A stretch of 64,000 nucleotides of DNA from positions 1 to 64,000 of IMG/VR virus record IMGVR_UViG_2585428000_000009; one strand, 5' to 3'. Positions 7,950 to 17,340 of the stretch are shown piece by piece (position 1 is the stretch's first letter; every line of letters begins with the position of its first letter). The DNA is from a virus. Taxonomy: Duplodnaviria > Caudoviricetes. Below the pieces are notes generated by a model. The model worked only from the letters and a program-made list of their open reading frames with translations, was not told where the DNA came from and searched no databases. The translations under genes and the position numbers were made by a program.

Positions 7950-8932
7950 AACTGCTGGCCACCGGGGGCGCAGGCTACGTCGGCGCGACCGTGACACGAC
8001 TGCTGCTCGACGCCGGACACCAGGTCACCGTTATCGACGACCTGTCCCGCAACGACGCCACCCAAATCCCGGCAGGCGCCGAATTCAAGCAGTTGCGCGT
8101 CCACGACGTCGCACAGGTCCTCACCCCCGGAGCCGGATTCGACGCCGTCCTCCACTTCGCTGGGCTCATCGCCGCCGGCGAATCCATGGCACACCCAGAG
8201 TGGCACTGGGACAACAACACCCGCGCCTCTCTCGCACTGCTCGACGCCATGAGCGAGGCGGGCGTCGACAAACTCGTCTTCTCCTCCACCGCCGCCGTCT
8301 ATGGCGAGCCGACCGAACTGCCGCTCACCGAGACAGCGCCGACCAACCCGGTGAACACCTACGGCGACACCAAACTCGCCATCGACCGCGCCATCACCTC
8401 CTTCACCCGCGCTTCCAATCTCGGTGCGATCAGCCTGCGCTACTTCAACGTCGCCGGCGCCCACCACTGCTCCGACGGCACCTGGATCGGCGAACGCCAC
8501 TCCCCCGAAACCCACATCATTCCGCTCGCCTTGGCCGCGGCAGCCGATGGACGGAAGTTCCAACTGTTCGGCGACGACTACCCGACCGCCGACGGCACCT
8601 GCATCCGCGACTACATCCACATCACCGACCTCGCGCGCGCTCACCTGCTCGCACTCGACGCTGTCACGGCCAGTGAGCATCAAATCTTCAACTTGGGCAA
8701 CGGTGTCGGGTTCTCCAACCTTCAGGTCATCGACGCTATCCGTGAGGTCACCGGCCTCCCCCTCGACCTGGAGATCGCTCCCCGCAGGCCCGGAGACCCC
8801 GCCACACTCTTCGCGTCATCATCCCGCGCGCAGACCATGCTCGGCTGGCAGCCGGACAAGCCCGGTATCCGCGACATGGTCGCCGACGCGTGGGCGTTCC
8901 ACCAGCATTCCAGCGCGGCCATCACACACTGA
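7946..8932 (+). CDS. galE: UDP-glucose 4-epimerase (extended SDR)
   Basis: TGGAGYVG, HFAG, FSSTAAVYG, YGDTK, LRYFNVAG, GTCIRDYIH, RRPGDP. Confidence 0.93.
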   Translation: MKLLATGGAGYVGATVTRLLLDAGHQVTVIDDLSRNDATQIPAGAEFKQLRVHDVAQVLTPGAGFDAVLHFAGLIAAGESMAHPEWHWDNNTRASLALLDAMSEAGVDKLVFSSTAAVYGEPTELPLTETAPTNPVNTYGDTKLAIDRAITSFTRASNLGAISLRYFNVAGAHHCSDGTWIGERHSPETHIIPLALAAAADGRKFQLFGDDYPTADGTCIRDYIHITDLARAHLLALDAVTASEHQIFNLGNGVGFSNLQVIDAIREVTGLPLDLEIAPRRPGDPATLFASSSRAQTMLGWQPDKPGIRDMVADAWAFHQHSSAAITH

Positions 8933-9093
8933 CGTTCTGTGCCAACTTCCCGCTGTGACTAGCGGAAACCGACGTGCGGCCCTCCTCAACCGGTGGCATG
9001 GTCGGTTACGCTGCGCGAAAGCCAGCGACGTAACGGCAACCCGACACCCCGCCGATCGACTGGCACACCACCGATCGCGCCCAGGGGAACCGC

Positions 9094-9474
9094 ATGAACC
9101 ACCCGCCGCAGCCACCCGCGACCCCACGTAAACAGAGTTCGACACTCTGGATCGCCGGTCCAATCGCGGGCGTGGCGATATTGGCCGTCCTCGCCCTCGC
9201 CGGCTTCACCAAGTCGGATCTCGACATCTTGGGCGGGATCGTGTTTGCCCTGCTCGCGCCCATTGTCGTGATCGTCCTGCTGATGCGCGTATTGGTGCGG
9301 GGAGGCAACAAACCACCGCCGCCTGTTGTTATCGCCGCACCGGTAGCCACCGCGCCGCCGCCTGGCTGGTACCCAGACCATACCGGCGCTCTGCGCTGGT
9401 TCGACGGCCGTCAATGGACAGAGTTCACTCAACCCGCCGCCGGCGACTCTCCCCACCCGCCAGTGTCATCGTGA
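9094..9474 (+). CDS. DUF2510-domain membrane protein
   Basis: Two TM helices followed by PPGWYPD....LRWFDGRQWTE. Confidence 0.85.
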   Translation: MNHPPQPPATPRKQSSTLWIAGPIAGVAILAVLALAGFTKSDLDILGGIVFALLAPIVVIVLLMRVLVRGGNKPPPPVVIAAPVATAPPPGWYPDHTGALRWFDGRQWTEFTQPAAGDSPHPPVSS

Positions 9475-9485
9475 CCGTGGAACGA

Positions 9486-9528
9486 CGAAACCCGCCCCGA
9501 CCCAGGCTATGGGTCGGGGCGGGTTTCG
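9486..9528. terminator. Hairpin terminator, probably bidirectional, between the cargo and tail operons
   Basis: 19-bp perfect stem CGAAACCCGCCCCGACCCA-ggcta-TGGGTCGGGGCGGGTTTCG between convergent genes. Confidence 0.85.
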
Positions 9529-9540
9529 GTGTGGGCTCGG

Positions 9541-10440
9541 TCAGGTGATGCGGACATAGGAGCTGGCGCCGCCGTTGATACGACAGTAGTTCGCGACAGT
9601 CGCGGTCGCACGCAACGTCACCACGTCATTACCAGCGATATCCATGGTGTGGTTGACGGTGGCAGTGCCTGACCCGAACGCGGAGATGTTGGCGCCCGAT
9701 CCCGTGGCGACGAGCGCGCCGTTCACCCACAGTTGCAGAGTCACTGTGACGCTGATTGCCTGCGTGTTGGTGATCGAACACGAACAAGACAGAGATGCGC
9801 CAGATTTGGAGCCATTGGCCACCAGGCCGTTGCCCGACAGTGTCGAGCCCGGATAGCCGGTGGTATCCGCGGTCCACGACGGGACCTCGGTGTAGCTGCT
9901 CGGGATGTTGTAGTTGCTGTTCTTCGTCATCCCGGACGGCGAGAACACGGTGCCGGCCGCGGAGAGCGTTCCCGTGCCACTGAATTGTGCAGTAGCGGAT
10001 GGATTCGCTGCGGCGGCGAGCGTGCCAGAACCAGTGAATACCGCTGATGCGGTCACCAGGCTCAGCGCGGACAGCATCCCTTCCCCGCTGAATGCTGCGG
10101 TGGCAGTCGCGTACGCAGGGGCCGCGAGTGTGCCCTCGCCAGTGAAGAACGCATCGGTTTCGTTCGTAGGAACGATCAACTCACCTACGCCGGTGAACCC
10201 AGCGACCGCGGTGGGCGCGCCGAGTGCCGTGAGAGCAGCTTCCCCGCCGAATACCGCTGTCGCGACGGGCGCGCCGGCCGCCGACAGTGCGCCGTCGCTG
10301 CTGAACACAGCGACCGGCGGCGGCGTGTACAGCAGACTGGCAGGAAGAACCATCCGCGATCCTACCGGCAGCGACGAGAGCCGCGAGATAGGCTGCGGCA
10401 GGCTCGCTTTCGTACGGGAACGAGACGGAAGCGATGCCAT
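9541..10440 (-). CDS. Minor tail / tail fibre protein
   Basis: Repeated F.G.G.L.A motifs, beta-rich C-terminus; last gene of the virion operon. Confidence 0.75.
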   Translation of the reverse strand: MASLPSRSRTKASLPQPISRLSSLPVGSRMVLPASLLYTPPPVAVFSSDGALSAAGAPVATAVFGGEAALTALGAPTAVAGFTGVGELIVPTNETDAFFTGEGTLAAPAYATATAAFSGEGMLSALSLVTASAVFTGSGTLAAAANPSATAQFSGTGTLSAAGTVFSPSGMTKNSNYNIPSSYTEVPSWTADTTGYPGSTLSGNGLVANGSKSGASLSCSCSITNTQAISVTVTLQLWVNGALVATGSGANISAFGSGTATVNHTMDIAGNDVVTLRATATVANYCRINGGASSYVRIT

Positions 10441-10443
10441 AGG

Positions 10444-10797
10444 TCAGCTCAATGCGAAGCTGGGGGTCACCTTGATCGTGCCCGCGGAGTTGATTGTGAT
10501 GTTCGGCGCCAGAGCAGCTTTGTCGTAGAAGGTGCCGGTGCTGCTGGCCGACCACAAACCGACATGCGTGTAAGTGCCCGCTGGGGCAGTGAAGGTCAAC
10601 TCTGCCATCGTGAGCGCACCACCGGAGCCGGAGGTCCATGTGCCCTGCACGCGGGCATAGCCGCCGCCTGTCGCTTCGCCGGTGCCTGTGGTGCCGGGGT
10701 CGGATGTGTGCAGAGAAACCCAGACTTGGGCAGTGCCGGACAGATTCTTGTAGGCGTCCGCCAGCACTTGCCGGGTGGACGCGACAGCAATTGCCAT
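10444..10797 (-). CDS. Minor tail protein
   Basis: VSLHTSDPGTTG.GEATGGGYAR, a conserved actinophage tail motif. Confidence 0.8.
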   Translation of the reverse strand: MAIAVASTRQVLADAYKNLSGTAQVWVSLHTSDPGTTGTGEATGGGYARVQGTWTSGSGGALTMAELTFTAPAGTYTHVGLWSASSTGTFYDKAALAPNITINSAGTIKVTPSFALS

Positions 10798-10803
10798 AGG
10801 GCG

Positions 10804-11118
10804 TTACTCCTGACGGGCGATATTGCCCCGGTACCAGCACAAATCCATGCCGTCCGTGTAGCGGGCGTAGATGCGGTAGTTGGCTGGCGAGTTGATGGTG
10901 TCGCTCACCGCAGATGAGACATCCCAAGAAACGGTTGCGGACGAGACCGACGCCGACCATGTCGCAAGTTCAGTTTTGGTGGCGGCGTCGTAGATGATGA
11001 GATCGACAGCGGTGCCGACAGGAACCGTTTCGCCGGAGGGCATCTGAATGTCGTGAACGAAATCTTGTCCGGGTACGAGGACAAGCGTCGCCACGATCGG
11101 TTCGTGTCCAATTGTCAT
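10804..11118 (-). CDS. Minor tail protein (LtfC/DUF7264-like)
   Basis: IG.EP....L.L..GQDF...WYRG.I.R pattern and synteny. Confidence 0.7.
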   Translation of the reverse strand: MTIGHEPIVATLVLVPGQDFVHDIQMPSGETVPVGTAVDLIIYDAATKTELATWSASVSSATVSWDVSSAVSDTINSPANYRIYARYTDGMDLCWYRGNIARQE

Positions 11119-11142
11119 TGCGAAGCCCTAGATTCGTCGGAG

Positions 11143-11547
11143 TTATTGGACGGGGCCGCGCCATTCCGGGTCGTCCTTGTACAGAGCTGCACGCAGGTCG
11201 TCGAGGAAGCATGAGTACTGGCCGTCGCTGCGGTAGAGGCGGGTGTAGAGGTCTCCGTGGTATTCGGACAACTCCAGAAAGGCTTTGTGTGCTTCGAGGA
11301 GTTCGATGAACCAGCGGACACCGCCGGTGCCCTGCGCTTCGGTACCGGGCTTGCCGTCGAAATGGAACCCTTGTGGGTCATAGTCGGGGTCGTCGGCCAG
11401 GATCGCCTTGTACAATGCGGGCATGACCTTGTTGTGGACGTATTTGATGTCGTCCGGCAGGGAGTCGAAGCCGATGTGACGACGAATCCCGAAGCCGTCC
11501 AACGCCAGCGAGTAGTAGAACTCCTTGACGTGCTTCAGCCGGTCCAT
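11143..11547 (-). CDS. Hypothetical phage protein
   Basis: Translationally coupled to the upstream tail gene. Confidence 0.65.
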   Translation of the reverse strand: MDRLKHVKEFYYSLALDGFGIRRHIGFDSLPDDIKYVHNKVMPALYKAILADDPDYDPQGFHFDGKPGTEAQGTGGVRWFIELLEAHKAFLELSEYHGDLYTRLYRSDGQYSCFLDDLRAALYKDDPEWRGPVQ

Positions 11548-12413
11548 CACACCTCCCGCAAGTAGAAGAACGGCAGTTTCGTCGAGGCGTCGTAGCGCAG
11601 GTTCGATTCGGTGATCGTCGCGGGGATGACTCCGTTGTTGTATTGGCCCGCGTACGCGTACTGCTTGCGCGGGTAGGTGCCGCTGGAGTCCCGGTTGAGG
11701 TCGGTGATCCGGATGCACATCAATGACGCCGCAGTTTGGAATGTGTTGGTGTCCTGCAAGACGCCGACCGCGATCACTTCGTTCTGCACAGCGGTGAACG
11801 TCGTGCCGAAGTTGAAGATGTGTTCGGTGTTGGTGTTCGTGATGTTGTTCTTGATGTTGAACGTCGCCGAACTGGTGTTCAGCAGTGTCAAATCTCCTGT
11901 GGCAGGGTCCATTCGGAACACACCCAGGTAGGCGCCCAATACATCCAGGAACGTTTGGCTGTCGCCGGTGATGAATCCGGCGGCGTTGAACTCGATGTCC
12001 TTCGTGACGCGAATGAACCCGAGTTCCAGGTAGTCGCTGTTGTTACCGGAGGGCTGGTAATCAGGGATCGACCCGAAACGGTTGATCGAATGCGAGTGGG
12101 AGTTGTCGCCCGATCCACCGCTGCCTGTACCGGTCGCGACCAGACGCACCATTTCAGAGCGAGGGAACGTGGCCTGCTCTTTCTGATTCATGGTGTGCCA
12201 CATGGTGGAGTCGATCGGCACTTCCTCGACGGAGGGCTTCCCTTCCAGAGGAGTGTCGACGTTGGTCTCGTGGCTGTTGCGGGCGTTGTCGATTGCGATT
12301 CGCGCGTCACCAGTCATGGTGGTTTCGGCGTCTTCTTGCGTCATCGCCTGGAACGCGGCGAACTCACCTACGTTGAGCGCGCCATCAGGATTCGACTGAT
12401 TAGGGGCAGTCAC
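11547..12413 (-). CDS. Minor tail protein
   Basis: MTAPNQ..PDGA N-terminus common in actinophage minor tail proteins; position. Confidence 0.7.
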   Translation of the reverse strand: MTAPNQSNPDGALNVGEFAAFQAMTQEDAETTMTGDARIAIDNARNSHETNVDTPLEGKPSVEEVPIDSTMWHTMNQKEQATFPRSEMVRLVATGTGSGGSGDNSHSHSINRFGSIPDYQPSGNNSDYLELGFIRVTKDIEFNAAGFITGDSQTFLDVLGAYLGVFRMDPATGDLTLLNTSSATFNIKNNITNTNTEHIFNFGTTFTAVQNEVIAVGVLQDTNTFQTAASLMCIRITDLNRDSSGTYPRKQYAYAGQYNNGVIPATITESNLRYDASTKLPFFYLREV

Positions 12414-12439
12414 CCGTCACCCCCTGGCAGAGTGAAGTG

Positions 12440-12763
12440 TCAGATGTCGTTTGAGATTTCGGCCGGGATCGGTGGAGGCTCGGGCGAGGGCACATGCAAG
12501 CGGATGAAGGCCAAGAGATCTTGGACGTAGTCGACGAGGACGTCGATGCGACGCTGGTCCTTGTAGTGCTGCCGCACGTCGTCGACGTGCTGAGCCTCCA
12601 GCGTTTTCACACGCTCACGAAGATCCCTCAACTCCCCGAGCACCGGTTCGAGCACCGACTTGAAGTCTTCGCGCTGCGAATCCAGAGACCGAGACCGCGG
12701 CGCGAACCATCCGAGGATCACGCCGAGGATTCCCGCCGCCGCTCCGATCAGAGCGGTAACCAT
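12440..12763 (-). CDS. Lysis-cassette membrane protein (one TM plus coiled coil)
   Basis: N-terminal TM, heptad repeat, PPP.P tail; follows the holin. Confidence 0.7.
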   Translation of the reverse strand: MVTALIGAAAGILGVILGWFAPRSRSLDSQREDFKSVLEPVLGELRDLRERVKTLEAQHVDDVRQHYKDQRRIDVLVDYVQDLLAFIRLHVPSPEPPPIPAEISNDI

Positions 12764-12769
12764 GAGCGG

Positions 12770-13111
12770 CTATCCGATCGACGGGGTCTTGACCGCAGCC
12801 ACCCCCAAGCCGAGAGCGGTGGACACGACCGCGACGACCGCACCGGCCTGCGAATCGGTCACCGCACCAACACCGACCAGAGCCGGTGCCGCGACGGCCA
12901 GGATGCCGTACAGCCAGGTCCGCCACGTCGCGGTCGAATTCGCGCCCGCCACAGTGAAACCGAGCACGGCCGCCACCACGGGCGCCCACAGCGCGAGATC
13001 GTTGTCGGTGGCCAGACCGAAGGATACGGCGAGCACCTGAAGCGGAATGAGCAGCGCGTAGAGTCGCCCGCGTACATCGGCGGACAGGTCACGCAGGGTG
13101 TCGAAAGACAT
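12770..13111 (-). CDS. Holin
   Basis: About four TM segments with a duplicated R..LY unit, immediately after the endolysin. Confidence 0.8.
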   Translation of the reverse strand: MSFDTLRDLSADVRGRLYALLIPLQVLAVSFGLATDNDLALWAPVVAAVLGFTVAGANSTATWRTWLYGILAVAAPALVGVGAVTDSQAGAVVAVVSTALGLGVAAVKTPSIG

Positions 13112-13151
13112 GAGTTACCTCGATGGGTAGTCGAAATGGGGTCGCCGCGAG

Positions 13152-14891
13152 TTAGGCAGCGAGATCGGCGACGGGCGTATCCGCGCCGTCACCGGTGATC
13201 AGGCCGAGCGTCTGCTTCGGCGTCCAATAGATGCGGCCGTGCTCGAACTCCTGGTAGGAGCCGGTGTCGAAAGGCTGCTCGTCGGAGGTGGGCCACCCCC
13301 ACGGCCCGTTCTCGAAACCGCTGCGATTCCAGCGGTTACGGATCTCGCCACGCACCCACGCGCCCGGCCGTCCGTAGCGTCGGTAGATGGCGCCGTTCTC
13401 GAAGCCCTGCACGTCGCCGACAGGAGTGCCGTCAGCGCCCTTCAGCACGGTGTGGTCGCCGACCGGATAGCCGACCGGCCCTGCTTCCCAACCGAGTTCG
13501 GCCCACTTGCCGAATACATTGGCCGGAACAGCGTGTGCGCCGACGCGGGGATGCCAGTAGATGTAGCCGTGCTCGAATTCGGCGTAGCGGCCTTCGCCGT
13601 CGGGAGCGATCAGTTCTCCTTCGGTACGGCGGGCACCGATCCACGCTTTCGCCCGCTCGTACTCCTGGTCGATCATGTTCACCGGCGGGGCGGGAGCACC
13701 ACCGCGCGCGTACATGTCGACGTAGCGGCGTGCAACATCCCACGGGAAGTTGGGGCCGACGTCGGTGTGCGTGCCGATCCCCAGGGCACGGGTCACGTAC
13801 GCGTGGTCGGAGATGCCGTCACGTACCGAATACGGGGGCGCGATGACGTCGATGGCATGCCCGACTTCGCGGGCGTACTGCACCGACAGCCAGCACGCGA
13901 TCCTGATGTCGTGTTCGCGGTCAAGCCACTGTTCGCGCGACCACGATGCGCGACTGCCAGCGAAGCAGATGTTGTTGGTGTACGGATTCGCGTCCAAGAC
14001 CGACCAGGAGGCGCGATCGAGCGGAACCACGTGCACCACAGTGCTATTGCCGATCACCGAGTGATAGGAGACGCCGTTGTTCGTGTTCTTCAGGTAGTCG
14101 GCGAGCCCCCACACGCCGCTACCGTCGGCGTTGCCGCCTTCTTGGGTGTGCCACAGGGTGTTGCGGACTCGGGCGCCCCAGCGTTGAGAGCTGGAGTTGC
14201 CGAACGAGAAGTGCTCTTGAAAATCGGGACGGTCCACGCGGGGTTCCTCAGGGTTCGTTGTGGGCGCGGCCTGCCATTGACCGAAGTCCTCAGCCCACGT
14301 GGTGTTGACGTCGATGCCGATGCCATTGATCCAGTCCTCGTCGACACGCTCCTGGCGGATCTGGCAGCCAGTCACCCACTGGACGGGGAGGGACGCGTGC
14401 CAGCGGCCATTCGCGTCGTAGCGGGACCAACTGCGGGTCTGCCACCGCCACCGGATGCCGTCCTCACCGGCCCACCACATCGAACGCTGCCCGCCGTACA
14501 CGCCGACCCACTCACGACCGAGCACCGACGCAGCGCCATTGAGGTAGGGCAAAACCTTGCTGTTCCAGGTGGTGAGGTCGACGTCGGCGTCGACAGAGAA
14601 GTAGATCGGCCGATTGCGGGGTCCGCCGCACGCGATGTGCTGTGCGAGCGCCGCTTTCGCATCCGCGACACCGCCCTCGAAACCGGCCTGCCAATCCGCC
14701 TTCGTGCGCTGGTAATTCGACACCAGCGGCATCCCCAACTCCAGGTAGCGGGCGGCTTCCTCCGGGATCAGGATCTTGTTCGGCAGACCACGGTCAGGGC
14801 TATTGGCCAGATAGCGGATGGCACCTTGATAGCCAGCTGCGCGGACAGCGTCAGCGCCCGCACGGCCCGCGGCATGGTCGACCAGCCTCAT
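13152..14891 (-). CDS. Endolysin (Lysin A): DUF1906 glycoside hydrolase + amidase-2 + LGFP repeats
   Basis: GAIRYL/IYFSVDAD/GVYG (DUF1906); HTQEG, SYH, H...GTHTDVG (Zn amidase); FEHG.IYW/GYP repeats (LGFP). Confidence 0.9.
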   Translation of the reverse strand: MRLVDHAAGRAGADAVRAAGYQGAIRYLANSPDRGLPNKILIPEEAARYLELGMPLVSNYQRTKADWQAGFEGGVADAKAALAQHIACGGPRNRPIYFSVDADVDLTTWNSKVLPYLNGAASVLGREWVGVYGGQRSMWWAGEDGIRWRWQTRSWSRYDANGRWHASLPVQWVTGCQIRQERVDEDWINGIGIDVNTTWAEDFGQWQAAPTTNPEEPRVDRPDFQEHFSFGNSSSQRWGARVRNTLWHTQEGGNADGSGVWGLADYLKNTNNGVSYHSVIGNSTVVHVVPLDRASWSVLDANPYTNNICFAGSRASWSREQWLDREHDIRIACWLSVQYAREVGHAIDVIAPPYSVRDGISDHAYVTRALGIGTHTDVGPNFPWDVARRYVDMYARGGAPAPPVNMIDQEYERAKAWIGARRTEGELIAPDGEGRYAEFEHGYIYWHPRVGAHAVPANVFGKWAELGWEAGPVGYPVGDHTVLKGADGTPVGDVQGFENGAIYRRYGRPGAWVRGEIRNRWNRSGFENGPWGWPTSDEQPFDTGSYQEFEHGRIYWTPKQTLGLITGDGADTPVADLAA

Positions 14892-15565
14892 AGACCGACC
14901 TCCTTGTAGCGCTTCAAGATTCCCGCGCGAGCCTGACCCAGATGCCGTTCAATCGAGACGACGCGGTCCTGTTCGGTCGGGTCGGCGTCACGCAGGTAGG
15001 CCAACACCTCGGTGACCGTCTTACGGACCGGGTCGAACGGGAGCGGTTCGTTGCTGACCGTCGCACCGTCACGCGAAGGCCGCCCATACTGCCGTTCCGG
15101 CGGCGTGCCCTCGTAGCCTGAGACGATGTCCGCGTCTCGCACGGCCTCAGCCGCGTCGAAGCCGAGCGCCTGCGCGAGCTGCCGCTTCGCGTCCTGCGGC
15201 AGCGAACCGACGAACTCCTTGATATCGAAGTCGTTACGGTCCGGATCGTTGATGTCCACCCACACTCCGGGCGAGGTCAACCAATGCGGGTCGGTGTTCC
15301 GGGGCTTCTGATACTTGATCGTCTGCTCCGGTGGGATCACCGAATCCATCGGACGCGCACCGCAATCCCACTGACGGCGCGACACCATCCGCAGGTACTC
15401 GGTCGGGAACGGCAACGGTGCACCCTTCATGCCAGGAAGCCCGGCATACGTCCACAGGAATGCCTCTTCCGGGCAGTTGGGATTGCAGCGTTCCTTGGTG
15501 GGGAACTCGCCCTGCTTCAGCCACGGAGAGCTATCGATCTCGGGTGCTGTGATGTCCTGGTCCAT
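14888..15565 (-). CDS. DUF2744-like phage protein (minor tail associated)
   Basis: FPT...C.P..PEEAFLW...LPG..GA.L...SRR.WD.G. Confidence 0.75.
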   Translation of the reverse strand: MDQDITAPEIDSSPWLKQGEFPTKERCNPNCPEEAFLWTYAGLPGMKGAPLPFPTEYLRMVSRRQWDCGARPMDSVIPPEQTIKYQKPRNTDPHWLTSPGVWVDINDPDRNDFDIKEFVGSLPQDAKRQLAQALGFDAAEAVRDADIVSGYEGTPPERQYGRPSRDGATVSNEPLPFDPVRKTVTEVLAYLRDADPTEQDRVVSIERHLGQARAGILKRYKEVGL

Positions 15566-15572
15566 GCCTCAC

Positions 15573-17270
15573 CTAGCGTCCGAGCACGCCGATGTCTCGC
15601 ATGAGCGCGAACAGGTCGCTGATCATGCCGAGCGCACGCGCGCCGCGGTCCTTGTTCTTCTCTTTTTCGCCGATCGTGCAAGACCATTCGGCGAACGAGT
15701 CCCGGTCCCAGGCCAGCGTCAGTTCGCGCACGCGGTCGACATACACCCGTGTGTCGTAATAGTCGAACTGTGCGGCGAAGTCGCCGATCACTTGCGCGCC
15801 GATACGGTCACCGAGGAAGAAATGCCCCTTGCCGTTGTCGCCGATGAACCATGGCGCACCATCCCGGATCAACACTTCATGGGAGAACCAAGAGCGGGTC
15901 TCATGTGCGGCTTTGCGCAGGGAGAGAAGCGCTTCCAACGTGTAGGCGCGGTCACCGTCGCTGGCCCGATACTCGAATAGTCGAGACCAGCCAGAATTCG
16001 CGACACGCCCCGGACTCCGGAAGTGTTGCCAGGCCCCTATGGTGTCCCAGTACAAAGGCTGAAGCATCGCGTCAACCGCGCCACCAATGGGCGGGATGAT
16101 GATCGCCGCGGCGATCAGATCGCCGATTGTCTGGATGGTGGCAGAGATAATTTCATTGACGAACGGAAACGAGTGTCCGCCTGCGACCATTTGAATAGCG
16201 GTACCTGGCGTGAATACAAACTTCGACGACTCGATACCGGTCTCTTCGCCTTCGAGATACACCACGTATGGTGTGGTCTTCTCGGTCAGCTTCAGGCCAG
16301 GAACCTTGTAGGAGTCCGGGACTGCGGGGTCGATGACGTCTTCGACGACTTCGTCGATGAAATCCTCGGCGAGCTGCGCGAAGGTGCGTTTTAATCCGAG
16401 GAACGGGTCGCCGCCGTTGGAGGTGTCGGTGTAGTACCCGGATTTGTCGACGATGTCGATAACGAGGGTGCCGTTGCGGAGGGTTTCACCCGCGATCGGT
16501 TGCGGGTCTCCGGTGAGAAAACGTCGGCAGACGACCGAGAGTTGCGAGTCCTCGAGTATGTCCTTCGACATGTCGGTCCAGTACTTGAACCGGGACGACG
16601 GGATCGACCACAGGGTTCCCGCGTTCATATCCTCCAGGAACGTCGTCGGTTTCACCACAACCGACCAGTTCGACATGCCGACAGCGCCGTAATCAAGAGG
16701 ATCGTCCGGCAACTCCCACAGCGAATTCTGCTCCCGCATAACGTTCAGGAACAGCGCTGTCTTGAGCGTCCAAATACTTGGCCCGGCCAGGAAAAATACG
16801 CGCGGAAATTGTACGAAATCCGGAAGAAAAGGATTACACCAAACTAAGTAGTATTTGAGGAACTCGAAGTCGTGCATCCAGCGCACAACCAAGACCCGTG
16901 TGCCGTCTTCTCTTTTCTCGACGGTGTGGTCGTGGAGGATGCCGGACCAGCGTGCACCGTCTTTGTCGACGGTGATGAAGACGTTCCGCTTCTCCCCCGC
17001 ATCGATACGATCTTTGACCTGCCAGATCCACTTGGCTACCGGGTCCCACAGCGGGATCTCGGTGATGCCGGTGCCGGAGTCGTTGTCGATCCACGTGAAC
17101 TCCGCCATGTATTCGGAGTTGAGGATGTCTTGGAGTTCAAAGTCGCCGTTCCAGATCCGAACTAGCGGCGGCTCCAACCGAGCCCTAGATTCCGCTTCTT
17201 CGCGCGCTGTAGTCGCATCCCAGATTGCTCTGCATTGGTCAGACAGCGAGAGAGTAGTAATGTCCGCCAT
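15573..17270 (-). CDS. Minor tail / baseplate hub protein (Gp37-like)
   Basis: PPLVRIWNGD, NDSGTG, ITVDKDGARWSG, NPFLP..QFP, GHFFLGDRIG. Confidence 0.88.
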   Translation of the reverse strand: MADITTLSLSDQCRAIWDATTAREEAESRARLEPPLVRIWNGDFELQDILNSEYMAEFTWIDNDSGTGITEIPLWDPVAKWIWQVKDRIDAGEKRNVFITVDKDGARWSGILHDHTVEKREDGTRVLVVRWMHDFEFLKYYLVWCNPFLPDFVQFPRVFFLAGPSIWTLKTALFLNVMREQNSLWELPDDPLDYGAVGMSNWSVVVKPTTFLEDMNAGTLWSIPSSRFKYWTDMSKDILEDSQLSVVCRRFLTGDPQPIAGETLRNGTLVIDIVDKSGYYTDTSNGGDPFLGLKRTFAQLAEDFIDEVVEDVIDPAVPDSYKVPGLKLTEKTTPYVVYLEGEETGIESSKFVFTPGTAIQMVAGGHSFPFVNEIISATIQTIGDLIAAAIIIPPIGGAVDAMLQPLYWDTIGAWQHFRSPGRVANSGWSRLFEYRASDGDRAYTLEALLSLRKAAHETRSWFSHEVLIRDGAPWFIGDNGKGHFFLGDRIGAQVIGDFAAQFDYYDTRVYVDRVRELTLAWDRDSFAEWSCTIGEKEKNKDRGARALGMISDLFALMRDIGVLGR

Positions 17271-17340
17271 TTCTGTTTGACGGCCCCCTTAAGCTAAGTG
17301 ATAGAAGCCCGAAATCACCTCATCTACCAGGAGGTTCGCG

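Noticed and set aside
5648-8932. Ordinary thiamine or galactose metabolism operon
   Set aside because: No thiD/E/G, TPP riboswitch, galK or galT; the ThiC motifs are altered and the gene overlaps an unrelated NTase.
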